This document shows positions 12,291 to 24,983 of a DNA stretch of 64,000 bases, piece after piece (position 1 is the stretch's first letter; each line of letters opens with the position of its first letter). The DNA is taken from assembly GCA_002633005.1 (NCBI GenBank), contig NMRA01000580.1, forward strand, positions 1-64,000, in the 5' to 3' direction. Position numbers and translations under genes: made by a program. Source of the stretch: Phoronis australis (Eukaryota; Animalia; Phoronida). The notes beneath the pieces were generated by a model. The model did no database searches. It was not told the DNA's origin and saw nothing but the letters and a program-made list of their open reading frames with translations.

Positions 12291-13559
12291 GACGTCTATC
12301 ACGCTGGTGTGCGTTCAGTGGCCGCTATGACCCAACATGGGACCTACTAGCCGCTAAAACCTAGTCCAAGTCACGTGTTTTTATTTAAAATACACGGCAA
12401 TATCTCATGTAATCTCGCGAAGTTTTGCTTTTTAGCGAGGTCCAAGCGTTACTGAACGGGAGGCATGTCTGTACAGCCTATGGTTGTTTCCGTTTCTGTT
12501 CCTTCAGATATAGGATTCTGTGGCTGTCTGATCGAAGTTCGTCGGCGAAGTGGGTTAACAGGTCACTGATTGACACTACCACCATCTGAACTGGGCCAAC
12601 GCAAAGGTCAACGATACTCCTCGCTGATAACAGAGCGATCTGTGTCGTTGAGAGGTAAGCGAAAAGAACAGATTCTTTCAAAATCGGCTTATAAACTCGC
12701 CTCCAGCACTTTCGCAGTAGAAATTGGTCGCGACTTGCAAGGAAGTCTAGGAGTATACCTAATTTGTGAATATGCTAAGCTTCCTGTGACTTAGGCAATG
12801 ACCATGCCTACCTGTGACTGTGTCGTGACAATACGTATACTCGGGAACCCAATGGTCGTCCGCCTAAGCATAAAACCGACTTGCTGTTGTACTCACCGAA
12901 TTATTCCACTTCAAAGTTATGATCTGAATAGGATTCGATTTAACTCTCACAGATATACCGCATTCATCGATTCGGAAGTTTTCTTTAATTTGTGCCGAGT
13001 TATTTCAAATGTGCACTGCCTTCGGCAGCCATTTTATTGTGACACCTAAGTTCGTCATATGCTGCCCCCTTTTGTAAAAACTGAGAAACATGCAGAAAAA
13101 GGCCAACGAAGTAATGAAAATTGCAACAGCCTGTTTTTATTGACATAAACTCGATTTGAAGCTTTGATGTTGAGCTCTGCACTGTGGTTTCCAATAAAAG
13201 CCAATTGGACAACATTTCAATGCAGTTTAATGGTGAATGCGTGAGGCAAAAATGTTAAGAACCCAGCGTATCGCATTTGTCTGCGGATTTTTCCTTTGGC
13301 CTTCTAGATCCTACTAGTGCCTGGGACAAACAGATACATTGCATAAACAAACCCTGGATCATGTTTTGTGTCCCGTCGGAAGAAAATTTAAATTCGAAAA
13401 CATCTTCTGAAAACGCACAAAAAAGTGTATTAGTAAAATCTACTGATTTTTAAGTGGTTTTAAAAAACAATCGGTAAACTCACCGATTTTTGTCTCATTA
13501 CTTTGATACGTGTCTCTTCCGATAAGTTAGTACCTAACGTGCACACGAGCACTCCAAAT

Positions 13560-13636
13560 TGGAACGCTAAGTCCCGCGTGGTTGCGCTGCACGCGAAACA
13601 AGATGGCGGACGACCTTTGGAGCCTGACGACAATAG
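13560..13636 (+). promoter_or_regulatory. Probable promoter and first (5' leader) exon of the aldo-keto reductase gene
   Basis: CpG-rich patch, caagatggcgg (YY1-like motif common near transcription starts), strong donor ag|gtaagc at 13636/13637. Confidence 0.55.
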
Positions 13637-16600
13637 GTAAGCGGACTATATTTATCGTGCTCTTGGACTTTTGGAGGCCTTGGAGGGGTCTAACAAGACT
13701 CTAACATCTGTGTCAGGAATGTTAAACTTTTAGTTTTTTGTGGAGTGAATGCGTAACTTGCTGTTTGTGCAGCAGATGGCTTTAATTTGCTGGTTGACGA
13801 TATATTACACAATAAAGATTAGTACAGTATCCTATCAAGCCACTATCAAAGGGCTGTCAAGAGTGTTTGTGCATGGTGTTTTGATTGTGCTATATGCTGA
13901 GAGTTGTGTCCATAGTCAGTGAATGTCACTTATTGTTCTCGTGCGGTCTTACCTTTACGCATAACTTAAATACACGCTGTAGAACAGAGGCCAGAGCGCC
14001 AAACGCAGACGTCCTGCATGCAGCGGGATAACACGAAGAGAGAGAGAGAGAGCAGTCCCATGATTCCCCAGTCACGTGACAATACTAGAACTCACAACAT
14101 CCAGCCACTGATGGAAACCCATGGACGAACATGAACACACGAGACAACATGAAAGACGAGACCACACAAACCAACATTCACAACAGTGCTCTGCGAACTT
14201 CTGCTTGTTACAAATGTGCCATATTTGTGCCTGGACATATACACACGTACCCCTCCCCCCACACATACCTTATTGTGCCTGCGTCTGCGATCGTTCCCTA
14301 TAGGACCATTTCTAGAAAATTGATCAATAATGTACTTCACAGAATTCTATCCAAAGTCCGAAGACAATGTTGCATCAATTATAACCAAAGGGATTTACAA
14401 GACAAGACAGATGGGTCCCTGATTTGAGAACCAGTTACTCCCACTGAATAATGTCTGTTATTCAGTAGTAGTCACACTGCTTGGTCAATCCGGGACTCTT
14501 TATCCAACTGTTGCACACACTCAGTGACAGTGGCACTAGTGGCAGGTCTGTTATGCTGGTGACCTGGCCAGATTACCTGGCCCATAATTAGGCAACTTCT
14601 ACGATAACATTTGGGGTTTTATTACCCAACGCCAAAGCGAGTTTAAATCAGTCTGACTAACCCGTCCTAATCGATTCACAAATCAGCGCGCGTGGCTTTG
14701 ATGTGCTGAGGAATTTGCTGGATACTCTGGGGTGTACACTGAGTGCATGCTTTTCCATCCACTTGCGTGCACATCCTGTTAGCGTAAGTGTTGCCTAAGG
14801 TCAGTTCAGAGAATGGTACTGCAAACTGGACATCATGCTTGGCACACGTAATTACATACCATGACAAGCCAACTCTAGCCTGATCCACAGCAATGACAAC
14901 CTTTCAGTTCTTCCCTAGGGATAAAGTAGACTAGTATAGGCCCTACTAGTATGTGGACCACCAACAGAGCCTCTGTATAGTCAATACAAAACCTGTAGTT
15001 TTGCGCTGGAACTGAGACCCCTTCGACATCATTATTTATTAGCGGCACTTGGTGTTAAGTACAGTGATAACCCTTGGACACTTGAGCAAGTTGAGTGAAA
15101 AGGTACTTGTGCCTTCTGATTGAGGTGGAAATTAATTCCCCCACCCCCAGCACTACTGCTTCTAACACTGAGGCTTTTAATCGTTTTTATGAACGCGAAG
15201 CACAGTCATTATGGTAGACTATAGACTATTATTGTGGACAAAAAAACATTTGGAATTAAACAAATTTCTACAGTTTCTAAGTAGTACGGAGTCCTGCGAT
15301 GGATCTTCTTAAAATTTGACAAGTATTTCACCTGGAACAAAGAGTACGCGGCAACAGAGTCGGACACAATTTGTGATTACGACATTAAGCGGCCATAAAC
15401 TATTATAGTGAACATCTGCATGTGCATACTGGCAAATTTTCAAAATCCATAAACCAATAATTTTCGTTGCAGCGGTATTCAGCTGTAAAAGTCGATATAG
15501 TATGGTGTTTGATTTTTAAAAACTGATGAACTGATAAACTAAAAGTCACAAACATTGGTCAGGTATTTAAAAGAAACAACTCTGCATATTGACATAAACT
15601 TGGACGCTGCTCATAATTAACAGTTATATCACATGGTTTATTCTTTTGGCTTACCAATAAACTACATCACGACAAAGAAAAGCAACACACAGTGACCAAA
15701 TTAGATGTCAACAGCTTTCAAGACGGCACTGGTTGCCCAGTCATGTTGAACTATTTTAGTGGAGGAGTAACACGTTAACGGAAAAATGTGATATTTGCAA
15801 GAATGTGCAATGGTAATCAGCTGGCTATGAAACATGTTAAGACTAACACCTGCTTCATAGTCAATGAGATGGTTCGTCCAATGGATTAGTTGGGTTGATG
15901 GATGAGAGCTGACTACCGAGTAGTTTCGCTGATGATCAAAATCTGCCAATTTTTGTAGTGGCTCTTCAAACTTAAAAATAAAATCAAACTATAGCAACCT
16001 GGCAAGGAAAAAAACAAAGTAGACTTCGATGAACACCCGTGTGAAACATTTAAAACCAACAGTTGTTTGGGAAATGACCCTTTGTCAAGATGAACCAAAA
16101 TTTGCAGTTTTAGTTATTTACGTAATATTTAAATTGTGCCAAACCTTAAATCATACTTTGGACATTTCAGGGTGTAACTCTGTGCAAATGCTTTCAGTGT
16201 AGCTGTAGAGAAAGTAGCCAGTAGTGCTAATGATTATAACCTTTCCGTTTCATTAGATGAATACAAAGAGCATGTTGAATAGGCATTATAAAAGTTGTCT
16301 GAGGGCAAAGGGAATCTTGGCAGTGATCAGTGTAATAGATAATTAAATTCTCCATGCGCCATGTCAAAGATTGAAGGGCACTTTTTTATTTTCAGACGGG
16401 TCAGGATCAAGTGAAGGCTGTGCCGCTTTATGACAATTTATTTTTTGCAGCGATCTCTCTATTTTGAAACATTTATGAAGAGTGACTTGTATGTTTGTAC
16501 TGGGGATGAGACCGCACCTATTAATGGTTCATCAAATCTGTCTAATGCTGTGCCCTCTGGTGGCAATTCTATGTCATGGCATTCAGCTGTTTCTCTCTAA

Positions 16601-16946
16601 CCACTTCAGTGAGTGTTGTGAATGTGAAATTTTAGTCCTATGTTCCTATTACACATGTCAAATGTCATTAGTGCTACATCTTGTGATGTCCACCTGAGTT
16701 CGTATACCATACTGCTTGTTCAATGTTTCATTTGTTACAGGATTTCTCTGACAATTTTGGAACGGCCTGTGTTGTGCCTCCTAGAGGCTATTTTAAGGTT
16801 ATCAGTATTGCTCCCTCTTGTGGGTTTATCATCTTTTGTAAATCTGTGCTATATGCGATGCACGCAGTGGGCACAAATCAGATGCTCTACGTTGCTCACT
16901 GTGTATATTAATATGCCATTGGTTTATCCTTTTTAGTTTGTTGGCC

Positions 16947-17066
16947 ATGGAACACATCACAATTCCCGGAAGTGACCTGAAGGTTTCGCCACTGTGCGTC
17001 GGTTGTTGGCAGTTCAATGACTCTGTGATGACTGCTGACAAAACTTGGGAAGCTCAGCCACTCGAG
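16947..17066 (+). CDS. Aldo-keto reductase (AKR11-like), coding exon 1
   Basis: gccATGG start; MEHITIPGSDLKVSPLCVGCWQFND...; acceptor at 16936/16937 and donor gtaggc. Confidence 0.9.
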
Positions 17067-17521
17067 GTAGGCCTAGTTACAAATACAGCCTCATCAGAAC
17101 TGTCTTTAACACAATGACAGGTTGTTGTCTTTCCAAACCAATTAATGTGAAGTTGTGTGACTAGTGATTTTGGTGTCACTTTTATAACATCATGGGGAAC
17201 ATGCAAGCATCGTTTCTGTGTGTGCATTCGGCTCATAATTACACACAATTATAGGTCAAAGAATGACTTAAAATGAAACATGGTGACAAATAATAAAAGA
17301 AGGTGCTCACATGTGTAGTTTAAAGTGATCCACTGAAATGCACAGGGATTGGATATATTGTTCTGTTTGTTTTTTGAACTTTGACAAGTTAGTGTCTCAA
17401 AATGTAGGATAAGTAGGCTATTACATGTCTTTGGCTGTTATTTAAGTACTGTATCTAATTCCCTTTGAGGAATTTGGAGGATTTATAACCCTCAGGACTA
17501 GGGCTCCTCAGATCTCTTTAA

Positions 17522-18200
17522 AGGCGAATGCCACCCGATTTAATTAGTCTTTTTTGCCTTCTTAATCGGTCTATTTCCACATCGCCCCTCATATGGTCAA
17601 CCTTACCTTGCCAAGAGGTGTCGCGCTAACCTGTGAGGAAGGTGAGAAACGACGCTAGTGACGTCAGTGGTTCATATGCAGAGTGAATGCCGCTGTGTTG
17701 CGGTGTATCGTTCTCGCTTTTCCGAAATAAGCAGCCGCGAGGAAAGCGAGTATATCAGTTTTTTTACTTCCTCGAGAGTCCGAAATGCTTAGGAAGTGGC
17801 TCATGATAGTGAAGAATGAAATGTACGCTGTAAATAGCAAGTATGAGGCCCTGAAACATCTCTGTGTCTGTGGCCTGCAGACGACGTCGACAGTGCCTCA
17901 CGAATGCCGGCTTACCAAATAACTCCATACGTTCCGTTGTCTGAGCTTGTTTACGGCGCCTCTCTAGTATTTCTTCATCACTGTATTCCTGTTCGAATTG
18001 ATAGCCTGTAAAACTTAACGATCCACCTGCGGAGTTGGGATTGATGAGCCGCTCTAGCTTGTCCTAAGTCAGGATTGCGAGTTGCCATGTTGGCGTTTAT
18101 TGCTGAGCATTCTGTTTCAAAATGAATTGTTCTCACCCTAACCAATACTAAAACTGAAACAAAGTCTGTCTCATTAAATGCAATTTGTAATGTCTTTGGA
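17522..18200 (+). mobile_element. Kolobok-like transposon remnant (left end plus decayed THAP-like start)
   Basis: ttaa|aggcgaatgccacccgat, homologous to the left end of the MITE at 62491. Contains MPLCCGVS...FFLLPRESEMLRKW. Right end not found, so the end coordinate is approximate. Confidence 0.55.
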
Positions 18201-18259
18201 GTGTTCGTGAGTGCACGAAATGATTTGAGAAGCCAGCAATGAATAAATCATTGCGTTAC

Positions 18260-18540
18260 CGACACTTGGTCAACAGATCTATTTTATTCCAGTGTCCAAC
18301 CATCGACACTTGGTCAAAAGATCTATTTAATTCCAGTGTCCAACCATCGACACTTGGTCAAAAGATCTATTTTATTCCAGTGTCCAACCATTGACACTTG
18401 GTCAAAAGATCTATTTTATTCCAGTGTCCAACCATCGACACTTGGTCCAACAGATGTATTTGATTCCAGTGTCCAACCATAGACACATAGTCCAACAGAT
18501 CCAGTATCCAAGCATCGACACATGGTCCAATAAATCTATG
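18260..18540. repeat. 44-bp minisatellite, about 6 copies
   Basis: Unit cgacacttggtcaaaagatctattttattccagtgtccaaccat, period 44. Confidence 0.95.
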
Positions 18541-18734
18541 TATTTCTGTGGCTACTTCATGTGATTATCTGGGGATGATGTAGTGTAGCATACACTTGAA
18601 GTGTCTATTTATAGAATGTTGTGCTTATAAACCTGTTGACTTACTGTTAGCAGGTCTGGCTGCCATCTTCACCACCTCCCAGGTCACATCTTTACAATCT
18701 TTCACAATGAATCTTTAAGAATTCACAATCTATT

Positions 18735-20154
18735 TACAGTACAGCCACTGAATTTTTAGACTTTGTCCGGGTTACCTCACGCCTGGCCAGACCGGAGTGC
18801 AACCGGAACACAGGCGTGACAGAAATCGGTCACGGTCGCCTCACGCGTACTCTCCGGGTAGTCCTCACGCTTACCTCCGCTTTAGTTAACGCCTTCCTCA
18901 CGCCTCGTTCACACTTTCTTCGCGCCTCCATCACGCTTGCCTAACGCTTTCTTCACGCCTTCGGTAGCTGTGGTAACCATGGAAGGGCACCGGGCTAATC
19001 AGTAAAAATACATGTAACGTCTTGATTGCCTGTCGTTTCGGTCAAGTTGCAAAGACATTATAGTATATTATAGAATATCTTTGCAAGCGGTCATCTATCA
19101 CTCTTGGGTTCCGACTAACTCTGTAATTCCACGTGTTCATATAAATGTCTTCCTTCAGCTCGTCTTGTGTTACACTTACATGTACATGTTCAATTTACGA
19201 CTTAAGAGCCAGTCCCATCAACGACAAACATGTACAGTAACCACGACGGTTAGTAATTACGAATAAATGCGATCCTGTGCCCAGAGTCATCTTTACATGG
19301 CTGTGGACTCCTTGAAACTTGTCACTGGTGGATATAGTTAATTTGCCCTAAAAATAGCCTACGCATCTTGTGAAGTATTTCTGTCACTCCGTAAATTTTT
19401 GCACCGCACTGGTGTACAGAAAATTTCAATAGGCCGCCCTTCTGACATACCCATCCCTTACTGCAAGCAAATGTTTTGACTTAAAAGTCCTGAATCCGTA
19501 GTGCAGTTCAATTATTTGTAGCCCCCTCCCCGTAGTAAATGCGTTTCGACTGAGTACACAGTATCCCGGGGTACTTCTTCACTAAAGTAATAATAGCGGT
19601 CATCTGTTTGACTCGTCAAATGCATGGGCGTGATCAGTTTTCTCCGCATGATGCCGCAACTTGGGATAAATGTGCTCAGAATTGACATGCTATGTTCCTT
19701 CATATCGTGAAGGCAATTGAATAATTCCGCCGTGTACACGCGTGTTAAGATTCTTTATTAGTTTATATAAAAAACAAATAATTATATATAAGTGAAAAGT
19801 AAAGTCCACAGGTCTGTTTTCTGAAGTGACTTAAGATTTGAGACGGAAATTTTGGTCTTTTACTGCACGTGACGATTTCAAAAAAAAAATAAACCTCACA
19901 TTAGCAAAAGTCTATGAGAATACACATATCACTGCTAGTTACAGATGTAATTTTAATAAATTACTTTATCATCTGCGATACTGGTAAACTCACGCCTAAC
20001 TCACGGTAAGCTCCGGGTACAGTCACGCTTAGGATCACGCCAGCTGTCACGGTTGATTCACGCCTCACTCTCCAGTCTGTCTCCGGTTACGGTCACGGGT
20101 GGCTAGGCCGGAGAGACACCGGAGAGAGTCTAATAATTCAGTGGCTGTACTGTA
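18735..20154. mobile_element. Non-autonomous TIR DNA transposon (~1.4 kb)
   Basis: TIR tacagtacagccactgaattWttagact at both ends, with subterminal tcacgc clusters. Confidence 0.85.
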
Positions 20155-20960
20155 TTTCATTTACAGATTGCTTGTAAGAGTTCACCTTCTACTTCTTTCT
20201 CTTTCAATGAGCTTAAAAGAATTGACTCTCTAGTTCTTTAATAGAGGACTTTTCATATTGGCGCTCTCTAGAGTATTGAGAGCGAGAAAGGGATTTCGGC
20301 TTGATCCTGACTCAGATTTGATGGACAAAAATAAACCACTACGTATAATAGTTCATTAACTTAAAAACAGATAAATTAATTCCATTGTCCATCCCCTCCC
20401 ATTTTTTGGTTACGTTTAAGTATCTAATTTATTTTTGTTTTTTTAAGATTGGGTGATATCAAAATTCTCACGCTTTATCAGTCGCAGCCACTGACTATGC
20501 AGCCACAGATTCCTCTTTGCAGTGAGAATTCAATTGTATGGGACAGGATGTCCTTCATTCATGGATATTTCAAGAGGTTTGCTTTTTTCCACAAGCCATT
20601 AGTATATCCCACCACACACCAGACTTGCCGGCATTGTGATAGCAGGAAAGGTGTTGAAACGCTGTTTATATCACTAGGTTAAAACTTCTCATCAGCATTA
20701 CGTGACATCTGTAGATGGCGCTGAATGCCTGTCCACCAATGACATGATCGTGTTTTGGGATAGTGAATTTCAATATGGCGCAGGTATTTAGGAAGTCATC
20801 TATTTACAGTGAACCTATATGAGTTAACCCTCTGTTTCGTTCTTTACCAGTTAACCTTCACAAGTTCGCCTTCTATTGTTTTCATTCCCCTTTGTTTAAT
20901 TGGGGTACTAATATTGTTTCCTAAATTAAATTTTTTGTTTTGTTTATCCGTTTATTATAG

Positions 20961-21023
20961 GTGTCCTGCAAGATTGTGGATAAAGCTCTTGAAATGGGGG
21001 TCAACTTTTTTGACACAGCTGAG
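20961..21023 (+). CDS. Aldo-keto reductase coding exon 2
   Basis: VSCKIVDKALEMGVNFFDTAE (catalytic Asp). Confidence 0.95.
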
Positions 21024-21494
21024 GTAAAAAGCTTAAGTTTGTTAGATGTTTTTAAAAGTGAGTACTGTAGTATTAACTTTCAGCAGGACCTGGTGGTGGC
21101 ATAACTCTAAACGAATGCAAGTGCACTGAGCCCATGCAGTGGGGGACGTAATGGTCAAGGGATACCAGGCATTTGTCAAGACATGTGTACCAATGTCATT
21201 AATTTCTTGACAACAGAATTTGTCAAAGACAACACACGAGAGGGGAGCAATTCTCTGCAGTGTTTTCATAAGAACCTCCCCCCATTTACTCCTTTCATAT
21301 GCTAAAGTGAAGACCAAACTTGCCAAAGACTTGCCCACAAGTTCAGCTGAAATGGTTAATATGCAGAGAATCTACTGTACAATACAAGTGATAACGTGAA
21401 ATATTTTAACTTATAGTGGCACGTATTATTGCATTCAAATCGCTGTAGTTTTGGTGCCTCTAAAAATAATTTCCTAATCTACTCATCATGACAG

Positions 21495-21680
21495 GCTTAC
21501 AAAAACTCAGAAGTTGTGCTGGGGAAGGCCCTGGCTGGTCGAAGGCAGAATGCAGTGGTGGCTAGCAAGTTTGGTTATGGACCTGGAGATGTCAAGTCTG
21601 GTTATGGTCCTGAGGACATTGAGAGAGCACTAACCAGGACACTGCAGAACCTACAGACAGATTACCTGGACTTATATCAG
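21495..21680 (+). CDS. Aldo-keto reductase coding exon 3
   Basis: AYKNSEVVLGKAL...VVASKFG...LQTDYLDLYQ (catalytic Tyr and Lys). Confidence 0.95.
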
Positions 21681-21830
21681 GTATGTTGATGGGAGGCAGA
21701 ATTTGTGTTAATGGGCATTGTGGGCTGTGTAGAGACGGATTACCTCGACTTGTACCATGTGGGTTGGTGGTTGAGGTTGGCGGTGTTGAGACTGATTAGC
21801 TCAACGCGGACCATGTATTTTTATGGGTGA
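21654..21830 (+). repeat. Degenerate triplication of the exon-3 end plus 5' splice site
   Basis: agacagattacctggacttatatcag|gt (real), agacggattacctcgacttgtaccat|gt (~21733), agactgattagctcaacgcggaccat|gt (~21789). Confidence 0.75.
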
Positions 21831-22119
21831 GGTGGGGAAAATTCGAAATGAAGCCTTTCTCACAAAAATCCTGATCTCCGTGGTGCGTCAGTGACAATAT
21901 GTCATGCACGGGTCACCATTGTTGGCTGATGGGAATTTCTAGTCAGGACTGGATTATTGGTTTTCTGTTCAGCAAATTGGCAAGACTAGTACTGAGCCTA
22001 TCATTTGGGTCTGTCATAAAAACCAAGAACAAGTTTTTACCTGATTTCTTTGCTATGCACACGTGACTACTTACAGTAACTCATCCTTTCTGTCAACAAC
22101 ATTTCCCACAATTTCCTAG

Positions 22120-22278
22120 GCTCACTGGGGCGCCGTGTTTGGTGACATGGAGGCATGTGTCAAGGAGTTAAAGCGCCAGCAATCTTTGGGTAGGATCCGT
22201 TACTATGGAGTCAGTAACCATGGTGTACAGAACTTGACGGCTTTACTTAATGGAGGTGGGAAACCATTGACAAATCAG
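22120..22278 (+). CDS. Aldo-keto reductase coding exon 4
   Basis: AHWGAVFGDMEACVKELKRQQSLGRIRYYGVSNH...NQ (catalytic His; G.IR..GVSN motif). Confidence 0.95.
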
Positions 22279-22456
22279 GTGACTTTTAATTTATTAAATT
22301 GTGCTCTTGTTTGTTTTTGTATAACCCAGCAGTCTACTCAGTCTTCCATTGGCATTTGTCACAATTAAAGTTCTGCCAAAACTGCTGTCCATCTGTGGTT
22401 GTCAGCCCCTCTGTTCTGATCAAAATGAATTACATACCGCAAGCAAAATACTTTAA

Positions 22457-23293
22457 GGTTTATGTGGGACCTTATCAACTAGACAGCATTTAGCCAAATA
22501 TCAACAAAATTACAGATTTTAACTCTTAGTAAAAGTTTCTGAAAATAGAAAGACTGTAGAATTTTTAGTAGATATTTAGGATCATTTGCCGACCATGTCC
22601 TTGTGGTAACATTTAACAAAATAGTGCAGTACATTGATATCAAAACAATGGTGTTAACAACATGTTTAATATAAAATAATTGGATGTTGTACGTGCAATC
22701 TTAAAACACTGTTACAGTTTTCTGAATTACTATTTCGTTTTCATGTTATGTAAATTGTTGAGTTTTTTCATGAAAATCATCGGAGTCTGATTTTTGGCAG
22801 CCCTTCAGACATGCAAAAGTAGAACATTTTAAAAACATTTCCTAACAGGCTTGTGGAGAACAGTGCATAACGCATAGTATCTGTAATGCCTCAGAGGCAA
22901 ACATCCAAATAAAACTATAATAGATTGTTCCGAGAAATACTGTACATTCATTGGACTAGTTTACAGTAGATGGTCAACAATGTGAAGCTACATTTCATAA
23001 ATCACTATTCTCTATCTTCTCCAAGAATTATCAATACTAACTATTCTAGATATTACATGTTTCTCTTTGACTTTGTTTACTTTTTGTATATTAAAACCCA
23101 GCTTGTATATTTTATTTTAGCTAAATCCAGAACTCTAAAAGTAAGGCCATGGAATCCCTGACCTTTTTCCTTGCTCATCTGAACTGGGAAAATATAAATT
23201 GAAAAAACAGTCTGTCTGCAGATCACCCATTTCTGAGATGTGATGTTCCAAAGTTGGCCAAAATTGGACAATTTTCTAAAGTCCTACATCACC
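22457..23293. mobile_element. TTAA-flanked non-autonomous element (piggyBac/Kolobok-type MITE)
   Basis: ttaa|ggtttatgtgggac ... gtcctacatcacc|ttaa; internal similarity to 41110-41630. Confidence 0.65.
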
Positions 23294-23437
23294 TTAAGTT
23301 ACGTGTCATTTATTTAGTAATGCATTAAATTGTGTTCATATAAACTTGCCCTTGGATTTAATATTTTTAAATTAAAATGTAAATGTGTTCAACCTGCACT
23401 AATTCCTTCACAGTAAAATGAAATCCTGTTTTTGCAG

Positions 23438-23616
23438 CTATGCTACAACTTGCTAGCAAGAACTATTGAAGATGAAATCGTGCCATTCTGCGTTGACCAC
23501 GAGCTGAGTATCTTGGCTTACTCCCCTTTACAACAAGGTCTCTTAAGTGGTAGATACCTCAAAGTTGATGATGTTCCTATTGGCCGACGTAGGACTAGAC
23601 ATTTTAAAATGAGCAG
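23438..23616 (+). CDS. Aldo-keto reductase coding exon 5
   Basis: LCYNLLARTIEDEIVPFC...ILAYSPLQQGLLSGRY. Confidence 0.95.
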
Positions 23617-23804
23617 GTACGTCACTGATTCAGAAGTAATCAACCTTGATTAACTCTTGTGAACAACTAGCAGTAGTGAAAATAGATTCACAATGTGGTT
23701 CTCACAACAGCAAGGTATTCACATAACTTGTGCTTTATTTAAAGGTTTGTTAATAAAATGTTGTTGCATTTACACCCCAGTCACACCCGTTTTTGTTTTT
23801 TCAG

Positions 23805-23856
23805 TTGTTCCCTGAGTCGCCACGGCAAGGATGGCTGTGAGCAGGAACTTTTCGAG
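23805..23856 (+). CDS. Aldo-keto reductase coding exon 6
   Basis: CSLSRHGKDGCEQELFE; phase 2-0 fits both neighbours; tttcag| and |gtaaga. Confidence 0.88.
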
Positions 23857-23928
23857 GTAAGAATGATTCTTCAAGTTGGTTGTCTTGTAAAACTTTATAA
23901 CACATGTGGCATGGTGGCCAAAGCATAT

Positions 23929-24080
23929 GCACAGGGTGTGGCTCTATTGGTCTTTAGTCTTGGTGCACAGGGTGTTGCTCTATTGGTCTTTAGTCTTGGT
24001 GCACAGGGTGTGGCTCTATTGGTCTTTAGTCTTGGTGCACAGTGTGTGGCTCTATTGGTCTTTAGTCTTGGTGCACAGGG
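23929..24080. repeat. 36-bp minisatellite, about 4.2 copies
   Basis: Unit gcacagggtgtggctctattggtctttagtcttggt. Confidence 0.95.
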
Positions 24081-24983
24081 ACTGTCTGTGGATAGCTGGC
24101 CTACTGTCTCCGTGTGTTAGAGGGGTGGGATAAACCAGTTGAACCTTGTCTTTATCTCCATGTCCATCGCATGTGATCGGTAGTTTTAAAAAAGGTATTC
24201 ATATGTTTCTTAAAGAATCCTTCACTGATGCTAAGAATGTTGACTTGCATTGTGAAGTGCCCCCTAACTGAAACCTCCATTTTTACATGAAAAGCAACTT
24301 CACCTTTGGTCATCTGCTCTATCAAGGCACTGAAAAACACAGTCTGACAGTATGTTGTCTAGTAGTTGTTGATCAAAACCATTTATTGGTTGGATTATGC
24401 TATGTGGCATAGACACAGCCTCATTGTGTCAAGCACTAGAAGATTTCTCCCATGTTATGTTAAATACAATAAACAAGCAAATGAATATTTTGTCTTCCTG
24501 TTTTGGGGAAATTGAGCCTAACTGTTGTGATGTGCAGCAATGTAAACATCCTGGCATTACGGACACTTGTCAAAACAAGGCAAATGTTGCTTTGAGTCAT
24601 TTTAAAGGTGCACTTTGTCTGTTAACACTACGGTCACTCATCGCAACAATTTGAATTGTGATTTTTTGATCTTTATAAGTGCATATATTCACATACACTG
24701 TAGTCACCCATCAAAACAAGTTAGATGGTTGCGGTTTGGGGGACTTTATAGGTGCACCTCTCTGTGTACATTACATTCACATATCAAACAACATGAAGGT
24801 AAATTCTGGTTTGGGTCACTTTGAGTGCATGCGTAGGCTTACTCTGCAACTGTAAGTCACATTTTATAGTTTAACACTTTCAAATATGTTTGGTTTTAGT
24901 TTTGTTCTTGCTAGGAGGATTTTTGTTGTAAGTTTGAAGTCATGCTTTTATGTGAGGCTGTATTCTTCTCATCTTTTCTTCAG

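Noticed and set aside
12508-12654. Exon-like segment with a good acceptor (ccttcag) and donor (gtaagc)
   Set aside because: Stops in all three frames and no link to a gene; it could be a non-coding exon but is unsupported
18260-18540. The 44-bp unit contains tttattccag-tgtcc, resembling the AKR exon-2 acceptor tttattatag|gtgtcc
   Set aside because: The match is only ~13 of 16 nt in AT-rich sequence and lies 2.4 kb from the junction, so I did not count it as a junction array
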